Under the pieces are notes generated by a model. The model searched no databases. It was not told the origin of the DNA and saw nothing but the letters and a program-made list of their open reading frames with translations. Of a stretch of DNA of 32,000 nt, positions 6,888-16,046 are shown one piece after another. A program made the translations under genes and the position numbers. The stretch comes from Planctopirus limnophila DSM 3776 (GTDB taxonomy: Bacteria > Planctomycetota > Planctomycetia > Planctomycetales > Planctomycetaceae). The stretch lies in contig NC_014148.1 in NCBI RefSeq assembly GCF_000092105.1, positions 2,730,001 through 2,762,000 on the forward strand. The letters are read 5' to 3'. Position 1 is the first letter of the stretch, and every line of letters begins with the position of its first letter.

Positions 6888-8174
6888 TTATGGTTCCTCG
6901 GGTGGCGGGCCTTCCGTTCCCGCTGATGTTCCTGTTCCGCCCCCTTCGCATGGGTAACTGGCTGTTGTTCCGCAAGGAACGGTCAAGGTGGCAGCAGTTC
7001 CAGGCACGACAAGTTGTGCCGGGCACGATCCACCCCCGGAGACACTGCAGGACGTGGCGAGGTTGTAGAGACTGTGAGTCACGCCACCGACCACACACCA
7101 GGCAGCGGCCGCCAGCGTGTAACTGCAAGTCCCTGTCGCAGCCGTCCCGGTTCCGCTCGTTGTCCCTGTCCCTGTTGGGGCCGTGGTGCCAGTGCCGCCG
7201 CTTGTTCCCGTTCCTGTGCCTGTGGGTGCCGTTGTCCCAGTGCCAGTGCTGGATGGATCGCCTGTGTTTGTCCCCTCGGTGGGTGGCGATGTTGGGCCGC
7301 TTGTCCCTGTCCCGCTGGTCGTTCCGGTGCCTGTGGGTGGAGTTGTTCCGGTTCCGGTCGTTGTCCCCGTTCCCGATGGCGTGCCTGTGCCACTCGAACA
7401 ATCGGCGGGGGCCGGGCCGCAAGGCGTGGTCACAATCTGACCGGGATATTCGCCCGGGTAATCAGGCGGGCAGGCTTCACAGCCATCTTGGCCGGAACAC
7501 ATGCCACCACTGCCGACAACCCAGGGGAACACACCCGTCCACTCCCAAGCCGTGGAGGCCAGGGGCGGACAGGTGGCTGTTGTCCCTGTGCCGGTATCTG
7601 TTCCCGTTCCGGTATCTGTGCCAGTGCCCGTTCCAGTGCTAGTGCTCGGCGTGCAATCGCCGCATGTGACCGGGACAAGCTCCAGTGTGGCTGGCCAGAG
7701 TGGTGTCATTTCATCAGGGGCCGGAGTCGCGGTCAGTGTGCGGGTGATCAAGCAATCCATGTCGTTCGTGCGGAAGGTGACGGTCTGACCCTGCAGGCTC
7801 AAGACAACCACCGGCGGCTCCGCCGATTCATTCATGCTGATCGACATGTAACGCAAGAGAGAGATGTCGGCAGAACTGGTTGTCCAGCCGCAATCACTCG
7901 ATCGGGAAAAGCATCGCGTTCCGTTGAACTGCTCCAGTTCGCCCCCAAAGCCGCTGGCCTCGATGCGGAAACACTCCGTTTCGCAATCAGTGCAGGGGGG
8001 CTCCTCATCCCATGGGCCGGTGAAGTCGATCGGGGGCCAGGGGCCGCCGACTGGGACGCCTTCGCCCTGGGGCCGTTGGAGTTTCCACAAACGCTCAATG
8101 TCCACGTCGTGGATGTTCCCCTTGCGCTCGAGGGCATTCAGTCGCTGCTCGAATGAACGGAAGTCTGCGGGCAT
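6888..8174 (-). CDS. Tail fibre / receptor-binding candidate with Thr-Gly repeat linkers and Cys-rich modules (428 aa from ATG 8174; alternative GTG at 8183)
   Basis: It is the last virion-type gene after the tape measure and tail-tip genes. AGGAG lies 8 nt upstream of ATG 8174. It has an N-terminal coiled segment, two (T-G)n tracts and at least 20 Cys. Confidence 0.7.
   Translation of the reverse strand: MPADFRSFEQRLNALERKGNIHDVDIERLWKLQRPQGEGVPVGGPWPPIDFTGPWDEEPPCTDCETECFRIEASGFGGELEQFNGTRCFSRSSDCGWTTSSADISLLRYMSISMNESAEPPVVVLSLQGQTVTFRTNDMDCLITRTLTATPAPDEMTPLWPATLELVPVTCGDCTPSTSTGTGTGTDTGTGTDTGTGTTATCPPLASTAWEWTGVFPWVVGSGGMCSGQDGCEACPPDYPGEYPGQIVTTPCGPAPADCSSGTGTPSGTGTTTGTGTTPPTGTGTTSGTGTSGPTSPPTEGTNTGDPSSTGTGTTAPTGTGTGTSGGTGTTAPTGTGTTSGTGTAATGTCSYTLAAAAWCVVGGVTHSLYNLATSCSVSGGGSCPAQLVVPGTAATLTVPCGTTASYPCEGGGTGTSAGTEGPPPEEP
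7128..7397 (-). repeat. Long degenerate (ACN GGN)n tract encoding about 90 aa of Thr-Gly(-Ser-Pro) low-complexity linker
   Basis: Residues 263-352 of the fibre read SGTGTPSGTGTTTGTGTTPPTGTGTTSGTGTSGP...TGTGTTAPTGTGTGTSGGTGTTAPTGTGTTSGTGTAATGT. Codons vary, so this is not an exact DNA tandem repeat. Confidence 0.85.
7575..7649 (-). repeat. Short Thr-Gly(-Asp) tract in the fibre gene
   Basis: Residues 179-203 read PSTSTGTGTGTDTGTGTDTGTGTTA. Confidence 0.8.
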
Positions 8175-8188
8175 GCCTGCCACTCCTG

Positions 8189-10087
8189 CTACTGTTCCAG
8201 CCCCGTTTCCTGATCCAGATAGGCAATGCGGTAGTTGTCCCGCACTCCCACCACCTGCTGCACGCTGTAGCCCTTGTAGGTCTTGAACAGACCAAAGAAG
8301 AGCGTCCGGCCCTGGTATAAGGTCACCTGTTCCAAGGCCTTGATTTTCAGCCGCTCCCGCAGCTCGGCGGGATCGAGGCCCAGCAGCTCCAGCCAGTCAC
8401 TCGAAAAGGTCAACGTCGTCAGCCGCTGGCTGATGTCGTATTCCACATCGGTGACAATGGCGTTGATGTCCTCCCACCCGATCGCGCTTGTGCCGCCCGC
8501 TCCATCACTGCTGGTAAATGACACCCGGCGATTGAGTCCGGCCCACTGGAAGTCGAGACCATCGAGAGTCAGGCCGCCCCCCCACACAATGTCCTTCCGC
8601 TCATCGAGGACAGACCGGGCATACTTGCGGAACTGCTCCCTGCGGGCCTCGGTGGTGACCGGTGTTCCCCACTCTTTGCCGGTCGCGAGAAACTCGCTGT
8701 ATTCCTCCAGCTCCTGCTCCAGACCGGCCACCGTGTAAGCCGTCCCCTCATAGCCTTCCTCGGGGACTCGCACCATCAGGGGGGCCGCATAGGGGGCCCA
8801 GATTAGCCGCACCGCCGTGGGGGCATAGGTTCTCTGCGTCGATCCGGGCCGGGCGGTGGGGTGGCGATAGTACGGGGCCGTCCCCTGAAAGGTGGCAATG
8901 CCATTGAGCCAATCAAACCACACGTTTTCGGCAGTCGTCCAAGTGGTGCCCCGGTCGTAGGAGATCTGCAACACAGGCCGCCTGCAGGGCATGAAGTTGT
9001 AGGCATTCATGGGAATGGTGATCCACTGGGGCAACATCTGAGCCCCGCGGCGTTTGATCGCCGGGACAATCTGCCACCGCTGCCATGTCTGCTCGGTCGT
9101 GAAGCCGGACGAATCGCCCCAGGTCTCGAGCTCGATCGGATCGCCCAGGGGTGCGAGCGTGTTCACGGGTGAGGGGTCGGCCTCTGTCGCTTTCGTCCAG
9201 CGGAATTCCTCCAGCGTGTTGGTCTCGGGCCCATACACCCTCATGGCCGTGTGACAATTCTCGATCGAGCTGTTCATGTTGAGGGACAACACCGGGAAAG
9301 GCACCTCGGGATCATTCAGCCGCAGTGTCACCACGCTGGAACTGTCGATTTTCACGAATCGCCACAGCCGCGTCCCGGGCTCGAAGATCAGCCGCATGCG
9401 GGGTTCGAACTGCCGCACACGTTCCACGCAGGAGCGAATCCCCTCACTTTGAAACACCAACTTCTGCTGCGGCTTGAAGTCAAAGGGCTCGAGATCAGCC
9501 GACACAAAGGGGAGTTCGGCGGCTTCGACCGTTCCATCTCCCGGGGCCGCATTTCGCCACACCAGCGGGTGATAGCTGTACTCCAGAATCCCCGCGAGAA
9601 TGTTGGCCACAGTCCCATCGTTTCCCACGGAATGGGCATAGTCTTCATCCGCCTCGTTCTTGCAGTTGTAGACGAGGCGGGGCAGGGCTCCCAGAGTCGG
9701 CTGAGGCCAGAGCAATTCGAACGGGTCGCCGGGCTCCCACGGAGCGTTGAACAGATTGACCTGTTTGTTGCAGCGGAAAGTGGGGTCGAAACATTCGTAA
9801 TCGACTCGATTGGCATCAGCAGGCTGAATCGGTTCCACAAACCCTTCGAAGAGTGGATTGGTGGCCGATTGAGCCGCCCCCCGCACGGTTTCCCCTTCGA
9901 TCCAGACGCGCAGAAACGCCCCATAGGGAATGGGTCGCGTGTGCTGCGGTTCCGCCACCGAAAAGCTGAGTCGGGCCGCATGCTCATAGGCAATCTGCAG
10001 CTTCATGTTGGAAATGGCGAGCTGCTCCACGTCCAATTCCGTGAAGGGGCCGAAGGGCTCGGTCTGCATCTCGATGTGTACCGTCAT
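8189..10087 (-). CDS. Tail-tip / distal tail-hub protein (by position), 632 aa
   Basis: ATG 10087 lies 10 nt after the tape-measure stop. It is the only gene between the tape measure and the fibre. I recognise no enzymatic motif. Confidence 0.55.
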   Translation of the reverse strand: MTVHIEMQTEPFGPFTELDVEQLAISNMKLQIAYEHAARLSFSVAEPQHTRPIPYGAFLRVWIEGETVRGAAQSATNPLFEGFVEPIQPADANRVDYECFDPTFRCNKQVNLFNAPWEPGDPFELLWPQPTLGALPRLVYNCKNEADEDYAHSVGNDGTVANILAGILEYSYHPLVWRNAAPGDGTVEAAELPFVSADLEPFDFKPQQKLVFQSEGIRSCVERVRQFEPRMRLIFEPGTRLWRFVKIDSSSVVTLRLNDPEVPFPVLSLNMNSSIENCHTAMRVYGPETNTLEEFRWTKATEADPSPVNTLAPLGDPIELETWGDSSGFTTEQTWQRWQIVPAIKRRGAQMLPQWITIPMNAYNFMPCRRPVLQISYDRGTTWTTAENVWFDWLNGIATFQGTAPYYRHPTARPGSTQRTYAPTAVRLIWAPYAAPLMVRVPEEGYEGTAYTVAGLEQELEEYSEFLATGKEWGTPVTTEARREQFRKYARSVLDERKDIVWGGGLTLDGLDFQWAGLNRRVSFTSSDGAGGTSAIGWEDINAIVTDVEYDISQRLTTLTFSSDWLELLGLDPAELRERLKIKALEQVTLYQGRTLFFGLFKTYKGYSVQQVVGVRDNYRIAYLDQETGLEQ

Positions 10088-10096
10088 GGCCTTCCC

Positions 10097-13069
10097 TTAC
10101 TTGATGCTGCCGCGTTGGGCCCGCTGCCGTTGGGCGGCGGCGTTCTGGCCGACAGCCTGCTGCTGGGCCTTCAGGTTGGCAATTTCCTGTTGCATGGCTT
10201 CCTGAGTGGAAAGAATGTCAGCCGTCTGTTTGACCTGTTCTTTTGCCGAATCGATCAAATCCTTTTGGTTCTGATTACCGGCTTTCAGTCCATCGAGGGT
10301 CTGAGTGGCAACATCCGCTTGAGCGGCTGCCAGTTCTCTCGGATCGACTTCACCCCTGGCAAATTGCCGACGCACTCGACGTTCTTCTTGCTCAATGGCC
10401 TGCTGCCGTTCGCGGTCGCGTTGCCGCAGCATGCGTGCCTTTTCCTTAGTTCCAGCATCCCGGAAAGCCTGCTGGTTTTCTGGATTGGCGTTGAAGTCGT
10501 CAACCGCCTTCTGCCCCGCCTGTTCGCCAGCCCGCTTCGCTAAGGCTGCTGCCACTTTGCGAGGGTCTTGATTCTGAATGAACTGCTGAGCATCGAATTT
10601 GGCGTGTCCGAGAGCGTTCTGAGCATTTTGTTTCCGCATTTCCCTCGCAGCAGCGGCTTTCTGCTCCAACTCTTCTTCTCTCGCCAATTTCCTTTCGGTT
10701 TCACTCAATTGAAAGTCGATAGTGGCCTGCGTCAGCTCCTTCTTTAACCGTGCTGTTTCTTCCGCAGCTTCACGTTCATCCTTTGCGGCCTTGATCAGTC
10801 GGTTGCCCTCTTCCTGAATCAACTGCAACCTACGTCGAAACACTTCCTCAGCGGTTCGATCTTCCTCGCGATGGCGAAGTTCATCAGTCTGCGCGAGTTT
10901 CGCACGTTTATTGCCTACTCTCTCAAGATTCTTGAGTTCTTCCTGAACAGAGGTGTTTCGAAGCATTGTTGACAGTTCGTTCTCTGACTCGATCTCCAAT
11001 TTACTGGCTTGAACTCGCACATTCGCGAGACGCGACTCTTCCGCAAAAACTCGCTGCTCTTGTTCAATTCGAAAATCTGCGTCACTTTTGGCCAGAGACT
11101 GACGCATATCGATGGTGGCCTTGAGCCGATCGGTCTCAATTTCCCTAAGTTTTTCGCTCAGGTTGTCGGTTTCTTCCCGTGTAAGACCTTCCCGCTTCAA
11201 CTGGGCCTTCAATCGATCTTCTTCCTGGTCGATCAGAGCCGATTTTTCTTCCCATTCAGCCTTTATCAACCTTTGCTTTTCAGCATGAACTTTTTGAGAA
11301 GAACTGATCCTCAAGCCGAGCAATTCGCGTTCAGTTGCTCCACTGGCCTCGGCAATTTCGATTTCGTGCCGGCCTCGGGATTCAACCAGCTCAAGTTCTT
11401 TTTCGAGCATTCCTCGCCTGGCAATCAGAGCCTCTTTAAGCACTCCTTCATTTGCGATTCGTGCCCGGTCAATTTTTTCATTAACCTTGGCCGTTTCGAT
11501 GGCCTCATCTTTTCCGGTGAGCGTGTTTTCTCTCGACTGCAATTGCGACAGGCGGCGTTCGTAGGTTGCGGTATCGATCCGCTCCTCGTTCAGTTTTTCC
11601 TGGGCACGACGGTTCTTATCTTTTTGCTCTGGCGTCAGGCTCGAATCTTGCGAGTCCAGATCAAGGCGTGCCTGTAACTCTGTCTGCTCGATCACCTTCT
11701 GCTTTAGCTTTTCTCTTTCACCAACAACATCAGAAACCGTTTTTAACTCCCCGATGCGCTTTGATTCCGAAGCCTCCTTTTTGTCTTTTTCAGCGTTCTC
11801 ATTGATCTGGCGAATTTCGTTGTAGGTCTCTCGGGTCAATTCCTTCAGTTTCGCCATGCGCTCCGTCATACGACCCATTTGATCGAGCCGCCGTTGTTCG
11901 GCGATGTATGCCTCGCCCCCACCCTCAGTGATGGTGGCATAAAGGGACTGATAGCCCCACAACCCCTCTTTCAGAAGGCGTTCCGACTCCTTGAGCCCTT
12001 CCACCTGATATCGAGCCCACTTGGTGGCTTCTTTGTTGATTCGCTCGTAAATCGGGGGAAGAGGATTCAATCCGGCCACAATGGCACCTGCCGCACTGCC
12101 GACACGGCCCAGCTCTTTTGTGGCAGTGTTTCCCAAATCCCGATATCCGGCTTTGATTCGGTCGAGGTTGCTTTCAACCTTAACTGCCAGATCATCTGCG
12201 AGGTCGATCCCCTTTTGCTTTGCAAGAGTATCCAGACTGACACCCAAATCTGCTGATTCACGTTTCAGGGCTTCAAACTGTCGGCGTTGTTCATCGGTGG
12301 CTCTGCTGGATTGCTCAAACGTCTTTCCAGTACGGGCCATTACAGCTCCGAGACCTTGAATCGTTGCCGTAAGTATCAAAGCAGCGGGCAGGGCTTTATC
12401 AACAACCTTTAGAGCGACACCAGCTCCTTTGCTAAGTGCCCCTGTGCTTACTCCGACTCTTCCCGCTATCTTTCCAGCAGCTCCTGCTGTTCTCGCTCCC
12501 ACACGGGCAGCGGCTCGACCAAATCGGGCAGTGTTGCTATTGCCAATGGCTCTGCTGGCAGCTCGGGCCCCACGTACGGCATTGATCGAGCTCGACCTTA
12601 ACGAAGCGCTGAGTTTGGCTCTCGCTTCAGTCAATTGAGCCGTTCGAGCAATCAACTTTCCCGTGCTCTCAGCGGCTTTTTCAGTTTGTAGGCCCCACCG
12701 CGTTAATCTCACGGTGTTTTCATCAAGCTGTGATCTTAAGCCCGTCCATGTCGTGAGCTGCCTGGCGTTTGCCGCGGTTAACTGCTCCGACACCTTGCGC
12801 TGTGCTGTGGCCGCTGCAGAATAAAGTTCGGCTGCATAGTAGGTCGTTCCCATAGCAGCGCCGGTTTCAGCAATGGCCCCGGCCCAGCTCCTTTGCCGGG
12901 GGGCGGCTTCTTCCATCTGTTTGGCCATGGCGGCCACACTGCGGGTCAGCTCCTGCTGCTCCTGTGTGGTCTGATGGGCCGTCTGGCCCACCTGCTCAAT
13001 CCGTTGGCCCATTTCAGCCAGACCGGGGCCCACCTCATCACGCACGCCAAACGAAAAAACTGCGGCCAT
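10097..13069 (-). CDS. Tail tape measure protein, 990 aa
   Basis: The protein is very long, with Ala/Gly-rich hydrophobic segments near the N-terminus and extensive Glu/Arg/Lys/Gln coiled-coil sequence. It lies directly downstream of the chaperone pair and upstream of the tail-tip gene. Confidence 0.85.
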   Translation of the reverse strand: MAAVFSFGVRDEVGPGLAEMGQRIEQVGQTAHQTTQEQQELTRSVAAMAKQMEEAAPRQRSWAGAIAETGAAMGTTYYAAELYSAAATAQRKVSEQLTAANARQLTTWTGLRSQLDENTVRLTRWGLQTEKAAESTGKLIARTAQLTEARAKLSASLRSSSINAVRGARAASRAIGNSNTARFGRAAARVGARTAGAAGKIAGRVGVSTGALSKGAGVALKVVDKALPAALILTATIQGLGAVMARTGKTFEQSSRATDEQRRQFEALKRESADLGVSLDTLAKQKGIDLADDLAVKVESNLDRIKAGYRDLGNTATKELGRVGSAAGAIVAGLNPLPPIYERINKEATKWARYQVEGLKESERLLKEGLWGYQSLYATITEGGGEAYIAEQRRLDQMGRMTERMAKLKELTRETYNEIRQINENAEKDKKEASESKRIGELKTVSDVVGEREKLKQKVIEQTELQARLDLDSQDSSLTPEQKDKNRRAQEKLNEERIDTATYERRLSQLQSRENTLTGKDEAIETAKVNEKIDRARIANEGVLKEALIARRGMLEKELELVESRGRHEIEIAEASGATERELLGLRISSSQKVHAEKQRLIKAEWEEKSALIDQEEDRLKAQLKREGLTREETDNLSEKLREIETDRLKATIDMRQSLAKSDADFRIEQEQRVFAEESRLANVRVQASKLEIESENELSTMLRNTSVQEELKNLERVGNKRAKLAQTDELRHREEDRTAEEVFRRRLQLIQEEGNRLIKAAKDEREAAEETARLKKELTQATIDFQLSETERKLAREEELEQKAAAAREMRKQNAQNALGHAKFDAQQFIQNQDPRKVAAALAKRAGEQAGQKAVDDFNANPENQQAFRDAGTKEKARMLRQRDRERQQAIEQEERRVRRQFARGEVDPRELAAAQADVATQTLDGLKAGNQNQKDLIDSAKEQVKQTADILSTQEAMQQEIANLKAQQQAVGQNAAAQRQRAQRGSIK

Positions 13070-13072
13070 GGG

Positions 13073-13264
13073 TTACTTCCTTTTCTTCGCTTTGCGGGCG
13101 GCCTCTTCCTGGATCAGCTCCCAACAGACCAGCCATTCCTCGGCGACATCGGCAGGGAGTGCATCGAACTCCACCAGCGACAGCCCCAGCCGCTTGCGCA
13201 GTGGGGCCGATCGCAGCAGATGAGCCATCACGTCGAGAGCCTCCGAGCGTCCCCGGCCTCTCAT
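13073..13264 (-). CDS. gpT-like tail assembly chaperone segment, in the -1 frame relative to the upstream ORF; possibly expressed as a frameshift fusion
   Basis: There is an ATGA overlap with the upstream stop (13264..13261). The -1 frame stays open 17 codons upstream of the ATG. It sits between the tube and tape-measure genes. Confidence 0.5.
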   Translation of the reverse strand: MRGRGRSEALDVMAHLLRSAPLRKRLGLSLVEFDALPADVAEEWLVCWELIQEEAARKAKKRK

Positions 13265-13629
13265 CCAGAGACGGGCACGCTTGCGGACTCCCCCAGCGGA
13301 GTCCCTGTCAGCAGCTCAATGGCTTTCTTGGTGATCTGCTGGAAAGCCGTGGGAGACTGCCAGACAACATTCTCCAACGCCTCCCGGCTGAAGGGCTGCA
13401 GCTCACCATTGGCCTGTTGGACGTTCCCCCAGTCTGTCACCAGCGACAGCCGCAATTGAGTGAGTCGGGCATACTGCTGGCCCGAGTCATCCCGGGGGAG
13501 CGATTCCCACAGGGCGTCGTGCTGCATCGCTTCCGCAAAGGTCGGTTTGCGAAAGCTGATCCAGAATTTTCCCTCGGCGGCATCGATATCGAGCACCACG
13601 GAACGTGTCACTTCTTTGAGCTGAAACAT
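13261..13629 (-). CDS. gpG-like tail assembly chaperone, 122 aa
   Basis: The call rests on position immediately before the tape measure. ATG 13629 has AAGGA upstream. The size is typical of this class. Confidence 0.55.
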   Translation of the reverse strand: MFQLKEVTRSVVLDIDAAEGKFWISFRKPTFAEAMQHDALWESLPRDDSGQQYARLTQLRLSLVTDWGNVQQANGELQPFSREALENVVWQSPTAFQQITKKAIELLTGTPLGESASVPVSG

Positions 13630-13638
13630 ACTTCTTCC

Positions 13639-14088
13639 TTAATCGATGAGCCCGGCTTGTCTCAATTTCTCTTCGAGACGCGCGAGCCGGGCTTCCATCA
13701 GTGCATTGATCTGGGCGGCCCACTCCTGGGGAATCCGCTGCGGTAGTAAACGTCGAAACTTGTCAAAGGCGGCGGCATAACTGGCCTGATAGACCAGTTG
13801 CACCTGGCCGAAATTGCGGCGGCCCTGCCGGGTGCGGGTCGTGAGACTGTTGGCCAGTCTGCGCGAGCGAATCCCGATCGTCTGCCGCACACCTCGCCGG
13901 GAATCCTCTGTGCTGGGCCATTGATCCCCGGCATGCGTCTGGCCCTGCGATAAGCGGGACAACCTTTCCCGCTGGAGACGAATCAGCAGTTGCTCCACCT
14001 CCCGGAGCAACTGCCGAAACTCCCTTTCCCACTCCTGCTGGAGCTGTTGCAGCCGCTGGGCGGCCTGCTCCACCGGGATATCAGCCAT
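13639..14088 (-). CDS. Hypothetical phage protein, 149 aa, coiled-coil-rich
   Basis: ATG 14088..14086 lies 2 nt after the tube-gene stop (14093..14091). The longer ORF-track version (to 14349) overlaps the tube gene. Confidence 0.55.
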   Translation of the reverse strand: MADIPVEQAAQRLQQLQQEWEREFRQLLREVEQLLIRLQRERLSRLSQGQTHAGDQWPSTEDSRRGVRQTIGIRSRRLANSLTTRTRQGRRNFGQVQLVYQASYAAAFDKFRRLLPQRIPQEWAAQINALMEARLARLEEKLRQAGLID

Positions 14089-14090
14089 TG

Positions 14091-15077
14091 TTAGGCCACG
14101 TCCGCAAAAGCCCAGGTAATCGCCGAGTTGTTGCTCATCGGCTTGAGCACCTTGAATTCCAGAGGCTGCTGGATGACTCCCTTCGAGCGAGCCGTATCGG
14201 CTTTCTGAATTGAGAGCCGGTTGAAGGTGGCTGTCACCTGCGTGAAGTTGGTGTCGACGGCCCCTGTCCCCATGTGTGGAATCTTCATGACCAGCGAAGC
14301 CGTGACTTCCTGTTCCATGTAATCCATCTTGCGGATGGTCTCGGCCCACACTTTGGAGGTCTTGGGCGGGTTCAATGTGAGACTCTGCACTGTTTGCCCG
14401 GAGGGCATGGTGCGGAGCAGTTTTCCCCCGAGATAATCGGGAATCAGTCCGTGCGTGGCCACCAGATTGAAGCCGGAGAAGGGAACACCATTCACCCCCG
14501 CCAGATTGAGTGTCACGTCGGTAAAATCACACTCAATCAGCTTGAAGCGGTCGTAAGGGACAGTGGGAGCATTGCCGACTTCCGGCCCTTCCTCTTCATC
14601 GGCCACCTGGGGGATGGTTTCCCGGCCCATCAGATCGAGATTGATCGTCACTGGCCCACCATCCTGACCGGCCAGCGTCCCCTGATTGACGCGCAGGCCC
14701 TGATAGCGGTTGTTGTCGAAGTTGACCCCCTCATAGTAGTTGATGCTTTTTGACGGGCGGAATTTGACTTCCGGACTGCCAAAAGCCCACTCAATGAGGT
14801 ACTGGGCCAGACTCATCTCGCCCTCGACGGGATGCCACCCAAAGAGTGGCAGCGACAAGGGGCCTTGCGGCATGCCACGCACGAAGCGGCTGTGGGTCTC
14901 CTGACGGAAGCCGGTGAACTGGTTGCCGGTGCGGACTTCGGTTTGATGCTTCACGTCAAACGTGTCGTAGGGGCAATGCCAGAGGACGGGGTCATTGGGA
15001 TAATCGCTCCAGGTCGATTCATCGACAATGGTGATGAACGACTCGAACCCGGTTTGAATTTGGACATCTTGCGGCAT
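14091..15077 (-). CDS. Major tail tube protein candidate, 328 aa
   Basis: ATG 15077 has AAGGAG 8 nt upstream. It is upstream of the chaperone pair and tape measure. The sequence is beta-rich, with the LIEWAFGS segment typical of tube proteins. Confidence 0.6.
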   Translation of the reverse strand: MPQDVQIQTGFESFITIVDESTWSDYPNDPVLWHCPYDTFDVKHQTEVRTGNQFTGFRQETHSRFVRGMPQGPLSLPLFGWHPVEGEMSLAQYLIEWAFGSPEVKFRPSKSINYYEGVNFDNNRYQGLRVNQGTLAGQDGGPVTINLDLMGRETIPQVADEEEGPEVGNAPTVPYDRFKLIECDFTDVTLNLAGVNGVPFSGFNLVATHGLIPDYLGGKLLRTMPSGQTVQSLTLNPPKTSKVWAETIRKMDYMEQEVTASLVMKIPHMGTGAVDTNFTQVTATFNRLSIQKADTARSKGVIQQPLEFKVLKPMSNNSAITWAFADVA

Positions 15078-15080
15078 GGC

Positions 15081-16046
15081 CTAAGCTCCTTGATGGTAGA
15101 GGTCAGTGCGAGAGAGGAGGCCTAAGACCACCTGCACTTGCAGACAGAGACGGCCACTCGGGCCGGGAAGTTCTTTCTCAGTGATCGAAACGGGGCCCAG
15201 GGGGCGGGGAACGTGTCCGATGACAGCCCGCACAAACGGCATGGCTCCATTGGTGGGAGCCGAGGAAATCACGGCCCGCATGAGCTGATCGGCCAGCACT
15301 TCGGCCAATGTCTGCCAGCCGACTGGCAACCACGCTTCGAGCACCAGCCGCAAAGGGAGGTCTTCGAGCCGGTTCATGGTTTCCTGCACCTGATAGACCT
15401 GCCAGCGGGCCGACAGGGCGGGCAGTTCATCGACAGCCGGGCCGCCACGTAACGCCAGCTCGGCGACGTCGGCGTCTGTCTCGAAGATGCGGCCCCATTC
15501 AAAGCCTTCCGGCCACTCCCAATGGTCAATGGCCTCCCAGACGGCTTGCCGTACACGTGAGACGATCGGCAAGGGATCGGGGAGCGTGATCTCGGGCAGC
15601 TCCACGCCCTCGATCGTGTAGAACTGCTGAAAGCTCACCAGAATGGTGGCCAGATAAATGCCCGGGGAACGGAGCAGGTCTGGCGAGACGAGCGGGGAGG
15701 GGAGCAGAGTCAGCAGGCGGCCCGAATCGAAGAGACTGCCGGGCAGAGAGTCTTTGAGCGACTCCACAAACTGGTCGAGGGCCTCAATGGTCAGTGAGTC
15801 GCGATTGGCTCCATTCACATTTCGGACAATCTGCAACTGCAGAACGCCTTCATCACATCGCTGATCCTCAGACATGGCCACCGTCTGCACCGAATCGCAC
15901 GAAATGAGGAGCAGTTTTGTGCCACGCAGCCGGGTGGCTTCGTCCTGGTCAAAATGACCGACGCGGATTTCGAGCTGCTGATCGGCAGCCAGTTCCAGTT
16001 CGAGGGCCGATTGCAACTCTTCGAGAAGTGCGTGATAGCGGGTCAT
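15081..16046 (-). CDS. Hypothetical neck / tail-completion protein, 321 aa
   Basis: ATG 16046..16044 overlaps the upstream stop in an ATGA arrangement. The function is inferred from position only. Confidence 0.5.
   Translation of the reverse strand: MTRYHALLEELQSALELELAADQQLEIRVGHFDQDEATRLRGTKLLLISCDSVQTVAMSEDQRCDEGVLQLQIVRNVNGANRDSLTIEALDQFVESLKDSLPGSLFDSGRLLTLLPSPLVSPDLLRSPGIYLATILVSFQQFYTIEGVELPEITLPDPLPIVSRVRQAVWEAIDHWEWPEGFEWGRIFETDADVAELALRGGPAVDELPALSARWQVYQVQETMNRLEDLPLRLVLEAWLPVGWQTLAEVLADQLMRAVISSAPTNGAMPFVRAVIGHVPRPLGPVSITEKELPGPSGRLCLQVQVVLGLLSRTDLYHQGA

Noticed and set aside
7128-7397. Thr-Gly tract as an exact tandem DNA repeat or slippage-prone contingency locus
   Set aside because: Codons vary from unit to unit, so there is no long perfect tandem repeat that would favour strand slippage. 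Homologous recombination between degenerate units remains possible but is not demonstrable here.
6886-7422. N-terminal 179 codons of ORF 5260..7422 (Arg/His/Asn/Asp-rich) as part of the glycosyltransferase
   Set aside because: This stretch overlaps the fibre gene in another frame. It is a low-complexity shadow of the (ACN GGN)n tract. A clean ATG at 6885 sits 2 nt after the fibre stop and begins the recognisable GT domain.
6854-8156. Long ORFs across the fibre region: 6854..7642 (+), 7014..8156 (+), 7183..7440 (+), 7501..7788 (+), 7079..7393 (-)
   Set aside because: Their sequences are compositionally driven (VPVP, RGRG, Cys/Arg-rich) and arise from 6-nt periodic GC-rich DNA. They have no motifs and conflict with the operon-consistent fibre frame.
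6888-8174. Diversity-generating retroelement targeting the fibre
   Set aside because: The window contains no reverse transcriptase and no template-repeat copy of the fibre 3' end.
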